From Camelus ferus (lineage: Eukaryota), in assembly GCF_009834535.1 (NCBI RefSeq), contig NC_045696.1:53632001-53696000 (forward strand): DNA of 64,000 nucleotides, given 5' to 3'. This document shows positions 1 to 13,149 of the stretch, in pieces; positions within the stretch are counted from its first letter, which is position 1, and each line of letters begins with the position of its first letter. The notes below the pieces were generated by a model that was not told where the DNA came from, ran no database searches, and worked only from the letters and a program-made list of their open reading frames with translations. The position numbers were made by a program, and so were the translations under genes.

Positions 1-1393
1 GTATAATTTACTATAATTCAGTTGCATGATGTTCTCTCCCTAGCCAGCTATTGTTCTCAAATTATTCTTATATTGGTTTAGAATAATCCGATTTGACTCT
101 CACCTACTGTTGCCAGGAAGATTAAACTAAAGTCTTTGGCAGCCCCAAATGCAAGTGCTCAGAGCAACAGTCCTGGACTAATCCCCATGACCCACGGCCT
201 TCAGGCAGATCTGTACCCTGCGCGAGACGCACCGTGGTAGGCACTTGGCCCGATTCCTTGGTTGCTCCGTGGCTATGCTGTTAAAGGTCTCGCTCAGGAG
301 AACAAATGCTCAATGTGCCACTAAAGCTTTGCTCCAAAACAAATCCTTGGCAAGATGAGTTTATTTCTGGTTTAACCCCCTGAGGTGTGTATATGTCAAA
401 GTTCTGAAAACTGTAGGTATTAAAAATAAAGCTTTTTAACCACTGAAACTTAGACAGTATATTCCCAAATGTCTCCAAAGCAAACATAATGCCATGGTAG
501 TTCAAGAAAAATGTGGGAGCGTATAAGTCTTTGCAAAATGTGGGGAAAATAAAATGCAAGCAACTTTGCAGTTTGATACTTTAGGGCATGCATTTGAAAA
601 ACAGGCACACCTGTGAACTCTGAAGCATTCTATATCGCACGGAATGTTTGATTAATCACCGAAGTGATTACGTTAAGTGGCATCCACAGTCATTTAGGCA
701 GATATATAAATGGTTTGTAATTACAGGATATTGGGCTCTATAATTCATTGCTTAGCAAAGAGCTATTTGTTGTGTAATTGCTGTATCTTTGTGAGATATC
801 TGCTGTACATTTAAGGCGTAGTTTCTCCTGAGCTTGCAGGCTATCGACCATCTTCGGTTCCCGCAGTGCCTAAACATAAGAGGTCTTTAATAAAGGGTAA
901 CGCCACAGTTAGCTGGGCAGATAAAGCACCCTAGACTACTTGAGAAGGCTGCGAACATGGAGAGATTTATGATAACAATATTCAAAAAGCAAATACCATT
1001 AACGCTTGGTTTTCCCACACTGTTGAGGGGTAGCATTAGTGTGGCTAATGGCGCTGCTCCAGCACTACATGCAGTTTAACTCAAGTCATGGTCCACAATG
1101 GACTCACTGTGTGGACTCCAGGAGGGTCCATCTAACATGGCTTGGGAGCAGGAAACTATGCCTGATGTACACTGGAAAAGACATGTGTGCCCCCCACCTA
1201 GATAATAGTACAGAGCTGAGCTGAAGTGAAAAGCTGACAGGGAAGAATGAAATGTTTTTTTTTAATCTAACTTTTTCCTATACCCTATAATATAATGATA
1301 ATTTATTCATGCCTGTGAAACTGGCTGCTATGTAATTGCGTCCAATTGTCCACTTCTACCAAGTAGAGAGCAAAAGTATAAGTGCTATGTGAT

Positions 1394-1422
1394 GGAGAGA
1401 GAGAGAGGAGGGGGGAGAGGAA

Positions 1423-1474
<52 letters not shown>

Positions 1475-1497
1475 CAGACAGAGAGAGAAATAGGAGA
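1394..1497. repeat. Polypurine (GA)n / GACA microsatellite tract
   Basis: About 100 bp of almost pure purines with a perfect (GA)n core at about 1432-1465; it produces the SLSLSL spurious ORFs. Confidence 0.95.
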
Positions 1498-2984
1498 CAA
1501 ATAGCAAAAGGAGATTTAAACAGGAGAACAGCTTCTGGTTTGTTTTTTTTTTAATAATGAATAACAATGACCGAGATCCACACACAGATACCTCCATTAA
1601 CAGGAAGTAATGAACAGCTAAGTAGGAGATTTATATCTGATGGTAAATAGAAAATTTGAGATTTCTGGATTTCTATAATAATGGCAATCCTGTAGACAGA
1701 GAAAGTGCATTTCTGGGTAGAAGAAGGCTGAGCTTTAGGGAGCACAAGTGTCCCCAGGGGGCATCTTGGGGACATTTGGTTTTGTCTCTGGGAGTAATAA
1801 AGACAAAGGACAGCTAATCTTTCCTGTATGTGAGAATGTATGAGATTCATGATTGTGCTCATACTCAAAGGTTGTACATTGGTTACAGCAAATATTTTGA
1901 GGAAATTATGACCTCCAAATTAAATAGTAATAAATATCTAGGTATTAGTAAGAAAGGAATGAGTAACATTTAATGAATTCTTTCAAGCAAGAAAGATAAA
2001 GATATCTGGACAAACTACTCTTACATCAAGAAATTCAATTTGTCTGGTTAGGAGAGGAGATACAGTATCTGAGCATATTAAAATAATGCCATGCTGGGCA
2101 TTCATAATCTTCCTGTTTTACTTAGACACATGCAAAAAATGTAAATAAATAGAAAAAGTTAACACTTTATTTGAGCTCTATGGACATTAATCACAAATGA
2201 CCATAAATTTTGTTCTTCTTTGTTACCAGAAAAAAAAAGATTAAACTATGGCTACATAGTTCTCAGTAAATTTCAATATCTAAAAGTGAGTTTTGTGATA
2301 AAAATGCACACAGCCAACCATTAAAGTGCTGGAGATAGCGTGCTTTATAAGTTTCCAGGCATCTCTTCGGTGATCTTTCCACGTCAGCCCTTGTGGAGTA
2401 TAGAGTTCCCTGATGTTACAGCCTGACCATGGCAAAGGGCCATTGGTGACTTGCTCAGACACCAAGGGTACGAATTTAAAGCCGTGATCCAAATTTACTT
2501 GAACACGTACACAGATGGAAAGATACGTACTTTGATAGATCTAGATAAAAACTACATACCAGAATGCTTTTCTAAAACATCTCCATTTCCAATATCCTTT
2601 CTCACTGTTTATACAAACCTCCCAAATTTGTGGTAATTTCCATTATTCTAGCAATTAATCTGCATTTTACACTGTTTTTCAGATGACATTTCTATTTTAA
2701 ACTTAAAAGTAGCACCAAAGATAGATTGCAGTTACATAAACAAATATTTTGAACATTTTTTAAGTTCAAAAGAGATTTGCAAACTTATCAGGGTTTCCTC
2801 CTCTCTTACTCTTTCTACCCATGACAGCTCTATCGCCTCTTTTTGCTTTTGTTAGCACTGCTCTTTTAGCGACGTCCTCCTTGACTGCTCTTTAAAAACC
2901 TGCGGACCTTCTGTGATTACCACGCCAGTGCTCTGTGTCCCCTCTTCCATGCCCTACTTATCGCCAGTTGCTACATTATACCTT

Positions 2985-4135
2985 TTACTTGTTTACTACT
3001 GTTTAGCTCTCCCTGCAAAATTGCAAGTTCTGTAAGAGGCTGGAATTGTTTTGCATTTTGCTCACTTCTAAATCCTCAGCATCCAGGTGACTCTATGGAC
3101 TATAACGGGCTTCCATTAAATATTTTTTGAATAATTGGATGTACCCCCATGATTCCAATTGCAATTTTTAGGTCATTTCCAAATATGTTTCTCTAGCCTA
3201 GGACTCTTTCCTAGGTTTAAGATCCGTATATTCAACCGTCTGTTGAATTACCCCAAAACATCTCAAACTCAGCATACCTAAGACTGAATTCATTACCTTG
3301 TCTCTTCACATCTCTGCATCACCTCCTCTGCCCCTTATCATCTTTTATAATATCTTCTGTAGTAAATATCAACCATCCATCCAGGTACTAAGCAAAAAAT
3401 CTTGAAATTATGCTATAAGTTCTTATTGCTAGATCCTTACCTGCTCTTATATCAGTCTCCTCCTTTATAAACTTGTCTTAGTACCTTCGCTGAGGTACTC
3501 TTGTCCAGATAAATACAGTAGGCTCTTAATTGGCCTTGTTTCTTATCTCATCTCTCAATAATCACTATTCCATACTGCCCCAAAAATCCAAATCTACTCA
3601 TGTCACCCTCTCTCAGAAACATTCAGCGGAGGTCAGTGACTACAAACTGCATAGTAAAATAAAGAGTCCTTGTTATGCTGTAGCCTTTAGTCAGTCATCT
3701 CCACAGCCTAATTTTTCCTTGTACTTTGAGCTCAAGCTCATTGTCAACCTCCTTCCAATTCATAGGTTGCTTCATTTATTGATGTTGTGACTCATGTTCA
3801 TCCTTTAACAAAGAAAGCTGTCCTTTAATTTGTAAATTCCATCTTGTCTTTAAGATTTAGCCTAAGCTCTACCTCTTAAATTAGTTTTTTTCTCCTTGGT
3901 GTAGAGAGAACACATAAGTCCTTTCTTTATACTGTGTCCTGTATACACTCTTACACAGCATTGTACATTTATTGTACTCATTTTTATATGTTTCAACCAT
4001 GTATTACTAGCACATAAGCTTTTAGCAACACGGACCACATCTTACGCATCTTTGCGTCTTCAGTGTCCCCCATAGTTGGGGGGGGAGGGTGCTGGGATGA
4101 GTACTTTAGCTAAATAAATGAATGAATGAAGAACT
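2985..4135 (+). mobile_element. Degraded LINE-2 3' region(s)
   Basis: L2-like motifs (catctcaaactcagcatacctaagactgaattcatt) and an L2-type tail aataaatgaatgaatgaa at about 4113-4130. Confidence 0.65.
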
Positions 4136-5379
4136 ATGAGTTTGAGTAGAAGTCTGAAACAGTGAGAAAGTGGAAGTTTCAAATATGTATAAAAGAATCG
4201 AGAGCCATTGTAAGTCCATGAACAAGGAAGTGACAGAATGAAACTCCTTTTTTTTTTTTTTTTTAGAACATTTGAGTCTATTACCACCATTAAGATGCTT
4301 CGAGTGGAATGAAGAAAAGGTCTAACAATTAGGAAACCATTGAGGGAATCTAGAAATAAGATAGTTAAAAAAAAAAAAACTTTCATCAGTCTGAGTTAGT
4401 TTCTATCATTACATCTCTCCACATCATTACACTTCAAATTCATGAAGTGCTCCTGTTTGGGTCTCCATTTCTCCCATCAAGTTACAAGCTTCCAAGGTCA
4501 GGGATGTGTGCTATTCGTCACAATGATGCAAATATTTGCTACAATGTCTAACAAACGGCAGAGACACAAACATTTTGTATGATTGAGTTAAAAACAATCA
4601 CAGCCTAGATTAGGGTAAGGCAGTGAGAAGGAAAGAATGGAAGACTATGTGGAACATTTCAGTGGAAGATTTTCTGCTGAGGTGGCTCAGTCTTGCCCGT
4701 GGTGTTCTAGGCATGGCCTCCATGCTCATTCATCACACATTATCTCTTTATTTCATTAGGACATCTTTCTTTTTCTTGCTCTTGATTGCTAAATCTCTGC
4801 TTCAGTGCTTAGCTGGCTTTTTGGTAAACAAGCATTCAATAAATCCTGACTGAACTATATTCAAAGACTAGGCTTTTGACAGCCACTCTTCCTGCTAATC
4901 AATCCAAATCATATCCTTAAAATCTGTATCTTCCACTACTTCCATGACCCTCTAAAATGCTTCCCTCAGCTCATCTCTGTCCCATCCGCTTACACCTGCT
5001 CTGCTACCTGCACCCATTACCATGTCCTCCCACCCTCACATGCACCCAGTGCCCTCTCACTCAAGTCACGAATAAACACCCAGACTCTTCCAGGTCCCTC
5101 TCTACTCAGCTTCCTCTAAAAGTGCAACATCTTAAAAATCTGGGCCTTATATCTATGATCCTTGGATCCCCACCCAAGTGACTTTAGGTAGGACTCTATT
5201 TTTACTTGAGGCCAATGAACTGTCATGACCTGGTCCAAAAGCAAAGGTTCAAGTGTTGGCTTCTGTGAACTCTGACCATGCCAGAGTCTGTGGTCAATGT
5301 GTATTCACTCTACAATCGTGAAAGACATCAAATTAGGCATACATATCTATAGATATGTATTTATGTAGAATGCATACAC

Positions 5380-5930
5380 ATACAATTGTTTTAAAGCAAT
5401 TTAATTAATTTTTCTGATAATAGAAATGATAATATAGCTACTGGAAAAGAGTCACACTGTATACAGATAATGAGAAAAATAAATATTATCTGAAATTCCA
5501 CCACTCAGAGATAATCATTGTCAATATTTTATAGGCATCATTCCAGATATTTTTTCAAGTTCTATATAAACAGGAGAATATACATATTATTATTTACCTA
5601 TCCATATTCCTAAATTATATCATGTTATGTATTCAGAACTTTGAAATTTGTTTTTCTTATTTAACAATGTGTTATGTAACTCTTCTCATGACCAATTATA
5701 AATATATATCTAATTTATCATTGATAAATACTGATTATGGTGTTGTGTTAATATGTGGTTAACTAGTCTTTATTACAGATATTTTGTTTATCTCCGTTTT
5801 TTTTTTTTTACATTATAGTCTATAGCCTACACTGTGATGTTTGTTTCCGCATATATACCTTGGTGTCCTTGTCTGATTAGATGGTTTGGACAAATTCCAT
5901 GAAGCAGAACTTCTAATCCAATGATCCATC
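5380..5930 (-). mobile_element. Ancient L1 (L1ME-like) 3' fragment
   Basis: AT-rich; ccaccactcagagataatcattgtcaatattt resembles the reverse strand of old L1M 3' ends. Confidence 0.55.
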
Positions 5931-7740
5931 AGATTATTAGATACTAAGCACCTGGCTATGTAAGTAACTTCCTCTCCCTCTGGTTCATTGATGGCAAGAG
6001 ACTATGGCCAGGTGTCCCTGTGGATTGCTTTCTAGTATCAAAAATTTGATCTGGAATAGTATCATTAACAACTGGAATGACGTGGATTTTTATAGTGACT
6101 AATTGTGTTTATTCCTCGTTTTGTTTTTTTTGTTTTGGACTTTGGTTACATGGAGTGAAGAGATGTGGGAGATTGAAAAGTATAACCCAAAGTAATCTAA
6201 TTGCAAAAGGGCAAGTTGTGCCTGTCTTTCTTAATCAAGTAAGGACATTAGGACAGGACATGGGCCCTGAATATTAATGATAGCAAACTTCAGGGTGAGT
6301 TCTTCCAAACACCACTTTCACACAGAAACACTGTTGACTCTGGTGTTGAACTTAATCAATGCTGATGGACGGTTTTTAGGGCCAAGTAGGAAGTTGCAGA
6401 CTGCAGGACAATTAAAGAGAACAGCACTAGGTTTGACATGCAGTATGCACCCAATTCATGCACAAAGGAACTGCCATAACCTCTCGGACACGTCTATTGC
6501 ATCACACACAGCATCGTACACAGAAGCGTGAGGCTGAAGGCTGTGGCAACATTGTCAATATTTCAAAAAAGAATTCTTAAAAAAGACTAATATAAAATAA
6601 AAAGAATAAGAAGAAAAGTATCACTGATACTTAAATTCTCAAGTACACAAATGTCAGGAATTTCACATTTCTGGTGCGCATGGTGACTGTAATTCGGCCC
6701 CACTGTGCACACAGAAAAATTTAGAGGTAAGTGCCTATTTGGTAACATGAAATGTTACATATGTTCAAGGGGAGAAGACTTACGGTTGCTGTGGGAAACA
6801 GAACTCTGAATTTCCTGATTTTTGTGTTGTAAAATCCCAGCCATCAGGTTGCATTAGCATCATTTTCTCCATTTAATAAAAGATCGCTCCATTGTTGCTT
6901 TCAAGAGAGAAAGGCTTTTCCCCATTTCTCCTAATATATTTAAAGTGATGGGATTTATTTTAAATTGAATTAACCAGAAAACACAGGTTCTTTATCAGAT
7001 ACAAGTGACAAGCAATAAGCCTGCATTCTGCCTCCAATTAAACAATTTAATCAAAATAGTAGTTAGAGGGTTCTTAATTTTTAAAATGTGAAATGGGTAT
7101 TAACTGGGTTGACAGACACAACACCTATAAATTATCTTATTCAAAAAATATTTAAGCATGTTATTAAAAAAAAATCTTTTACACAAAACCCTTTCCCCTT
7201 GTGGCTACCCACAATACCAGACTCTGCAGTAACAAGTAGGCATGGTCTGATTTCTCTGTATACGGGAGTCTACTTTGGCCATGATGGCATTTCAAATCAT
7301 CACCATCAGCCTCTTTATTCTCTACGTTTTTTTCTACGTTGAGGCAACCAGGGCTTACAAAGGTTAAGTGAATCACTCACAGTCAGAGCAAAAAGCTGAG
7401 GTAGAACACAGCCAGGTCTGAGCGATTCCCAAATCCATGCACTTTATATTACACTCTACAGCTCCTGGCCTGCCTAGATCTGACTCAAGCCTCTACACTC
7501 AACTAAGGACAGATAATACTATTTGTTTTGATGATCAGTATTAATGATTACCATCATCATAATATGCAAAGCCTTAGTAACACCAGTAATAGTGAATTGG
7601 CTACAGCATCTGCATGCAAGAAGTTAAAAACTTTTGGGGCTTCATATCTAGACTGCAGTAGAGTTGGACTGAAGACCAACTAGTCCGTTTCGCCTTGCAA
7701 CAAGGGCTTGGCATGGATGGACAGAACTTAAATCACTGCA

Positions 7741-7953
7741 GGCTTACCGTGTGCCAGGCATCCTTCCAATCACTTTGCCATATTAACTCATCGAATTCTC
7801 ATGACCACACTATGCTGCAGTGATTATAATTATCCCAATTTTACAGATTAGACTCCGAGGCTATGCAACGTGCCTAAACTGCAATAGCTGTTAAATGGTA
7901 GAACCAGGATGTGAACCAGGCTGCCTGGCTTCAAAGCCGGTGCTCTGAACCCC
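7741..7953 (-). mobile_element. MIR SINE
   Basis: Reverse MIR core: gtgccaggca...tatcccaattttacagat...ggtagaaccaggatgtgaacc...gctctgaacc. Confidence 0.85.
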
Positions 7954-8684
7954 TGTAGAAGAAAATGAGAGTGTTCTGACACACAGTGAGAGAAGTGTGT
8001 GTCTTTTCTCAGTGTGAGCTTGGTCAGTCCTTTATACCACCCCACAAGGCCCTTCTATACCTCCTCAAGATAATATAGGATCTTGGTGGGGGGAAGGATT
8101 ACGAACTAACTTTGACCACCATTTCCACCTATAAAGGCCGGTTTTTAAAACATCAGATTTTAAACCCTTCTGTTGATAGGGATTCCATATGCTGCTCCCA
8201 AACCCCTTTTATAAAACACTTGTTGTTATAAATCTCTAAGAACAGCTCATCTATTTTCTCTCACAGTGAACTTGACTGTCTCTTGTCTCATTCTGCCTTC
8301 CTCCAGATTGTGACCATCTTGTCAACATCTCCTTAAAATAATCTATCACAGGTCTTAACTGCAATACTTCACAGGCCTCAGCCTTCTCTTCTCCAAGTGT
8401 TGATGCCCCCTTGGATTTTTGGCTTCCTCAATGAGACGTGTATTACAGAGGTGTCCCCGAGTACTAGAAAAAGAATGGCAAATCAAATGATACACACTAA
8501 TTGATAGTATGATCTTAGCCCTGGAGAAGACTTTATTTTCCCTGTTAAATATATGCATTCATCAAATTCTGAAAAGCAGGAAGGGAGGAACAAGATTTCA
8601 TTAAAAAAAAAATCTTAATTTAAAAATCCTGCAGAGCAGCCTCTATCCCCTCTTCCTTTCACCTCCCCCCTCCCAAATTTTGAA

Positions 8685-8870
8685 TTCATCACGTGAATTA
8701 ACCTCCTAAGCACCGAAGCCATCAGATAACTGAGGCACTATCTGGTCCATCGGTGGAGCCCGGCCACCCCACCGAGGCCGCGCACAGCTTGGGGCGCAGG
8801 GCCTGGGCTGTGTGAGTGCCGATAAGCCAAGCGGAGCCTCCCGCAGACGCTGCAAAGCAATTAAAACTGC
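8685..8870. promoter_or_regulatory. Small CpG-rich candidate cis-regulatory element
   Basis: 12 CpGs in 8692-8849 against a CpG-poor background; E-box TCACGTGA at 8689-8696; AGATAA at 8724-8729; no repeat similarity recognised. Confidence 0.5.
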
Positions 8871-10038
8871 AAAGGGGCTTTTCTCTCCCCTTCTTTTCCT
8901 CTTTCTTCTCCCTCCAAAGTTGAATAAAAATGATTTGATGAATTACTCTTTTCAGAGCTACCCACTAGAGGAATTAAAAAAAGAAAGAAAAGAAAAGAAA
9001 AAAAAAGAAGGAAAAAAGGGGAAGTCACCACTGTTAAGAACTCACGATTAGCATGAATTCCCAGCACTCCAGCAATCATTACAGATCCTCACCAGAGGGG
9101 AGGCAATGCAATAAAGGGACAGAAGGGAGTTTTATCACCAGGCATGCAGGAAAGAGGGAAAGGTTCTCTGTAGGCTCAGAGCCCCGGTAGGTGTTGGAGG
9201 CCCAGTTAAGCCTCGTGTCTTTGAAAGGCAAACCTCAAACCCTAAGAGTTAACTCAGATCTTGAACGTTAGGAAGAAGCCTCTGCATTCTCCACCAGGGC
9301 AAGGGATGAGCCTGAAGCATGGCTGGGTCAGCACCTTCACAGGAAGTCAGAGCCCCAGAGGGCAAGTCAAGTCACCAGGACCCCCTGACAAGCAAAAGGA
9401 AAGAGGGTTCTAGAGCATTTAGCAGGGTCTCTGGGGAGGGCTGGAACAGTCACACAAGAAATGTCAAAAAAAACACAACCCAAAAAATCAGGGAGAGGAA
9501 AAAATAAGAATTTAAGATATCAATCAAGGCACAAATTTTGAAGGTAAACATGTTTTGCACAAATAAAATGCTTTCTTGCTAAAATTTGCACATAGGAAAG
9601 GTCAGATTTCTGCTGTCTCCACTGTGTGAAGGTGAAGCAGAAATGCCTCAGATTCTAAAACTACTAGGGGAAACTTCACAACCACTAACGGCATCAGCCA
9701 TATCGGAGGAGACGGAAAACAAAGGATCAAAACTGCCCTGGCCTCTGAAAAGAAACCTGGAGGACAACTTTTAGACTCTAACCTGATACCTCAGCGAGCA
9801 GGCAGCCTGATGGATTGTTAACCATCTGAGTCACTCAGTCGGCTAGGAATTTTGATTCATAAATATGATAGAAGAGGAAATGACAATTGTCATGGGACCA
9901 TGGTGCCACAACATGATGACACTGTCAGAAAAGGAATCTTTCCTTCCAAACATTTCTTCTCCCCCGTCTTCAGTCACACGTCGCCTCACCAATCCTGCCA
10001 CTTCTCTGTACTTGAAGCAAATGAAAAATTAAAGTGAA

Positions 10039-10178
10039 GGGGGTGGGTACAGCCCAAGCTGTAGAGTGCATGCTTAACATGTATGAGGTCCTGGGTTCAA
10101 TCCCCAGTACCTCCTCTAAAAATAAATAAAATAAACCTAATTACCTTCTCCCATTAAAAAAGAAAAAGAAAAAAAAAA
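10039..10178 (+). mobile_element. tRNA-derived SINE (camelid Vic-1-like), long form
   Basis: GGGGGTGGGTACAGCCCAAG head, B-box GGTTCAATCCC, linker aaataaacctaattacc, A-rich tail. Confidence 0.9.
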
Positions 10179-10574
10179 TAAAATGGTGTTGCTTTCTCTT
10201 TGTCTGGAATGGTGACACTTGGTCAAAGAGCAGTAAGAAAGTATTCCTCATGCAGCTAAGTTTGAATGGTGAGGACAGCATGCTCTGAAAAAGACCAAAT
10301 AAAGAAAATGTGGACAAAGGGCAAGAGACAAAGAAAGTATGTGAATTACAAATGCAGCTGGGGAGGCCCGATGCCAAAGGTGAGGGAGATGTGTAATCAA
10401 AGATTCTTTTCCCTTACAATGGGAAACAATGTCTTCTAGATGGCCAAGTCAAGTAGACATCCAATGTCTCTTGAAAAATGTTGCTCTTCCCAGCTCCTTA
10501 CCAAATGCATTCAACCAGCCATGTTGTTTCAGTGCTCTCTGCCACCTGAATGATGGCAGTATCGAGGGCATTAA

Positions 10575-11830
10575 AAAAGCAGTCAGATTAAGCATGGACT
10601 AAGTGCCAAGCCCTTTGCTAGGTGTCAAGGCTACAAGACAGGTATACAACACAGTAGCTTTCTTTGGGAATGTTTAGCACAACTGAGGAACTAGATAAAT
10701 AAAAAAGAAATTGCAGTATGCCTAGTATGGTGGAAGCTCACAGGGGTGGCATCTAAGCCAGGCCAGAACAGGGATAGGGAGATGGAGCAGATGAAGTTCT
10801 AAAAGTTGAAGATGATGGAAGAACAAAGGGCATTTCACACTAGATGAGCAAAAGGACTAAAAGCTCATAAGCACACAGTAACACAACACAAATGAGAACC
10901 ACAAGTAGCTGGTATTAGAGTGTAAAATTCAGAAAGTTCAATGTACAAGACCGGAGAGGTCAGCAGGGGCCAGAGTACAGAGTGACAGCTCTGCACCTGG
11001 AGATGTCTTTGATTTGCATGCAGCACTTCCACTCATTATCCCATTGTCCTGAGCTTAGTCAAAGGGCTAAGTGTAGCTTAAAGAGATGCTGGGAGATACA
11101 GTGTAGTCAATGTGCCAGGAGCAAGAGGAAGATGGATATGAGAACACACCTGGCAGTCTGCAACATATTAATCCTATTGACTTTAGAGAGCTTCTGAAGA
11201 ATCTAAACATGGAAATGTCCTAACTTCATTTGAAATCCAGAAAAACTATTGTAGAAATACAGAGAATGTATTATATCATATAATGGAATCAGAGAAACCA
11301 CCTAGCAGAATGAATGAAGTGCTGACAGAACTCTGACCAAGGTGGCAAGAATGTGGCCTGGAGTTGAGATTAAGTTCATTTAAGGGAAGAAGAAAAAACA
11401 AAAAAAAGAATCATTTTTTCATATGTGTTGCTGACTAAGACTTCACCCTGGCCATACCATCATTCCAAATTATTCTTGCCAAATCAAACTCATTTTGTCA
11501 GTGGGGGCTCCATGACCTAGATAAGAGAGAGAGAAGATCGTGTAAAGAACCAAAGATGTCCCAGCCTGTGTAGACAGGTTTTAATGAGGAGAGACTCAGG
11601 AGTGGCAGGCAGATTATAGATATTGCAGCCGCTCTTGGGCTGTGGGGCAGATTTGGGACTTTATATGGTAACACAGAACCACTACACAAGGGTAAACAAG
11701 GAAGTTGCATGATCAACATTTTTGCTGTTGAAGGGTCTCTTGGATGCAGAGTAGAAACTGGATGGGAGGTGAGAGGGGCAAAACTGGAAGCAAGGAGAGT
11801 GGCCATAAGAGGATGGTGATTGAAATTAGA
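10575..11830 (-). mobile_element. Fragmented LINE-2 remnants, with a probable old MaLR (MLT1-type) LTR piece at about 10990-11165
   Basis: Reverse-L2 motifs (gtgccaagccctttgctaggtg; ttgggactttat...catgatcaacatt); the internal segment ending ...ctggcagtctgcaaca resembles a reversed MLT1 5' end. Confidence 0.5.
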
Positions 11831-12238
11831 ATACACATGATACAATTCTCTCCCTAAACCGAAAAAAAAAACGGGCTGAATTACACATGCCCTGTAAGTA
11901 ATTTACAGTGAAGGTAGGAAGGCAGACAGCTTCCCGGAGAAAGCAGATGTCCTATACGAACTCAGGAGCCAGCAGAAGGAAGATTATCAGAATCCTGCAC
12001 GAAGGGAGTCGTTAAGAAGGGGCCAGCCAAGGGTACCGTTTTAGAGACAGACTCTGAAGGGCCATCCATCAAAAGTAGCTCAGCCTTTCAGTCCCTCTGC
12101 TAACAGGTGATGAAGCCTTATCCATAAAACATTCCCAGGGTGTCTCTGAACTGAAACGTGGGAGGGTTGGACTCCCCCTGAATAAGAAATCACTTCCAGT
12201 GCTTGGATTTTAGCAGATTATCTTTACTCCCACTTGTC

Positions 12239-12240
<2 letters not shown>

Positions 12241-12279
<39 letters not shown>
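12241..12279. repeat. (AC)19 microsatellite
   Basis: Perfect dinucleotide run. Confidence 0.99.
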
Positions 12280-12280
<1 letters not shown>

Positions 12281-12489
12281 TTTTAAGTTGATAGCTGTAT
12301 TAACTACACACAAGATGGGAAAAACCAGAGACCACTCATTTCATGTCTGCTGCTGTTACAACTGATTTACTCATTCAATCATTCATTTATACACTCATTT
12401 TCAGTGTCCACAGAGCTCACGTAGGGTGTTTTGGATACTATAGTGGAAACAAAAGCAGTAGGTGCTACCGGATCTCCTTTCCAAGATCA

Positions 12490-12990
12490 ATGAGCTTAAA
12501 ATCATAAAGTCCCAAGTAAAATTCAGCCCTCTAAGTCATGCGTGCCATTCCACTACAATATTCAGCTATGTGGTGGGCCAGGCTGAACAATTCCCATCCA
12601 AATGGATTTCCTACCACCGGGGAGCTTATTAGGAGATATTTCGTTCTTGAATCAAGCTCTAGTTTCTAAATGTTATCTGGCAACTTAATTTTTGTCATTT
12701 AGAATTTTTTTAAAAATACATTCAATCTCTCATATTTTAGCACTTTAAGATTTTGAAGATTTTCTCATCACCCCCAACCCCGACCCCACTCCATTCTAAT
12801 TTCTGTTAAATACTCAATAGTTATTTCAGTATTTCCTCCTATGTCATGAATTTTAGACATTCCACCACCCTATTTACCTTTATCAATGTACATCCTACTT
12901 TTGTTCATGTATCTTTTAATCATGTAAAGAGAACTGAATATAATACTTCAGGTGTGGCCAGAGCTATTCTCTTGCCTTGATTGCTCAGTA
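12490..12990 (-). mobile_element. L3/CR1 LINE remnant
   Basis: agaactgaatataatacttcaggtgtggccagagc resembles the reversed CR1/L3 ORF2 3' region. Confidence 0.5.
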
Positions 12991-13149
12991 AACTTTACTT
13001 CAGGGACTTGCATTTGAGGCAGTCCAGCAAACCAGACAGAGACTCCTCCACTGCAATACAACTGTATTCCAGATAAATTGCAAGGGTACCTTTAAACACA
13101 TGAGCTAAATGTCCAGTTCAAAGTACAGAGAAATAGCATCAGGCCAAAT

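Noticed and set aside
3480..3499. Hairpin AGTACCT-TCGCTG-AGGTACT
   Set aside because: A 7-bp stem inside a decayed L2; expected by chance in 64 kb
6784..6897. Minus-strand coding exon (AAG| ... |GTAAGT)
   Set aside because: Weak acceptor and stops in all three frames
10039..10115. tRNA gene (also at 52820-52898 and 56767-56844)
   Set aside because: A/B boxes are present, but each is followed by a SINE linker or A tail and two have clear TSDs, so these are SINE heads
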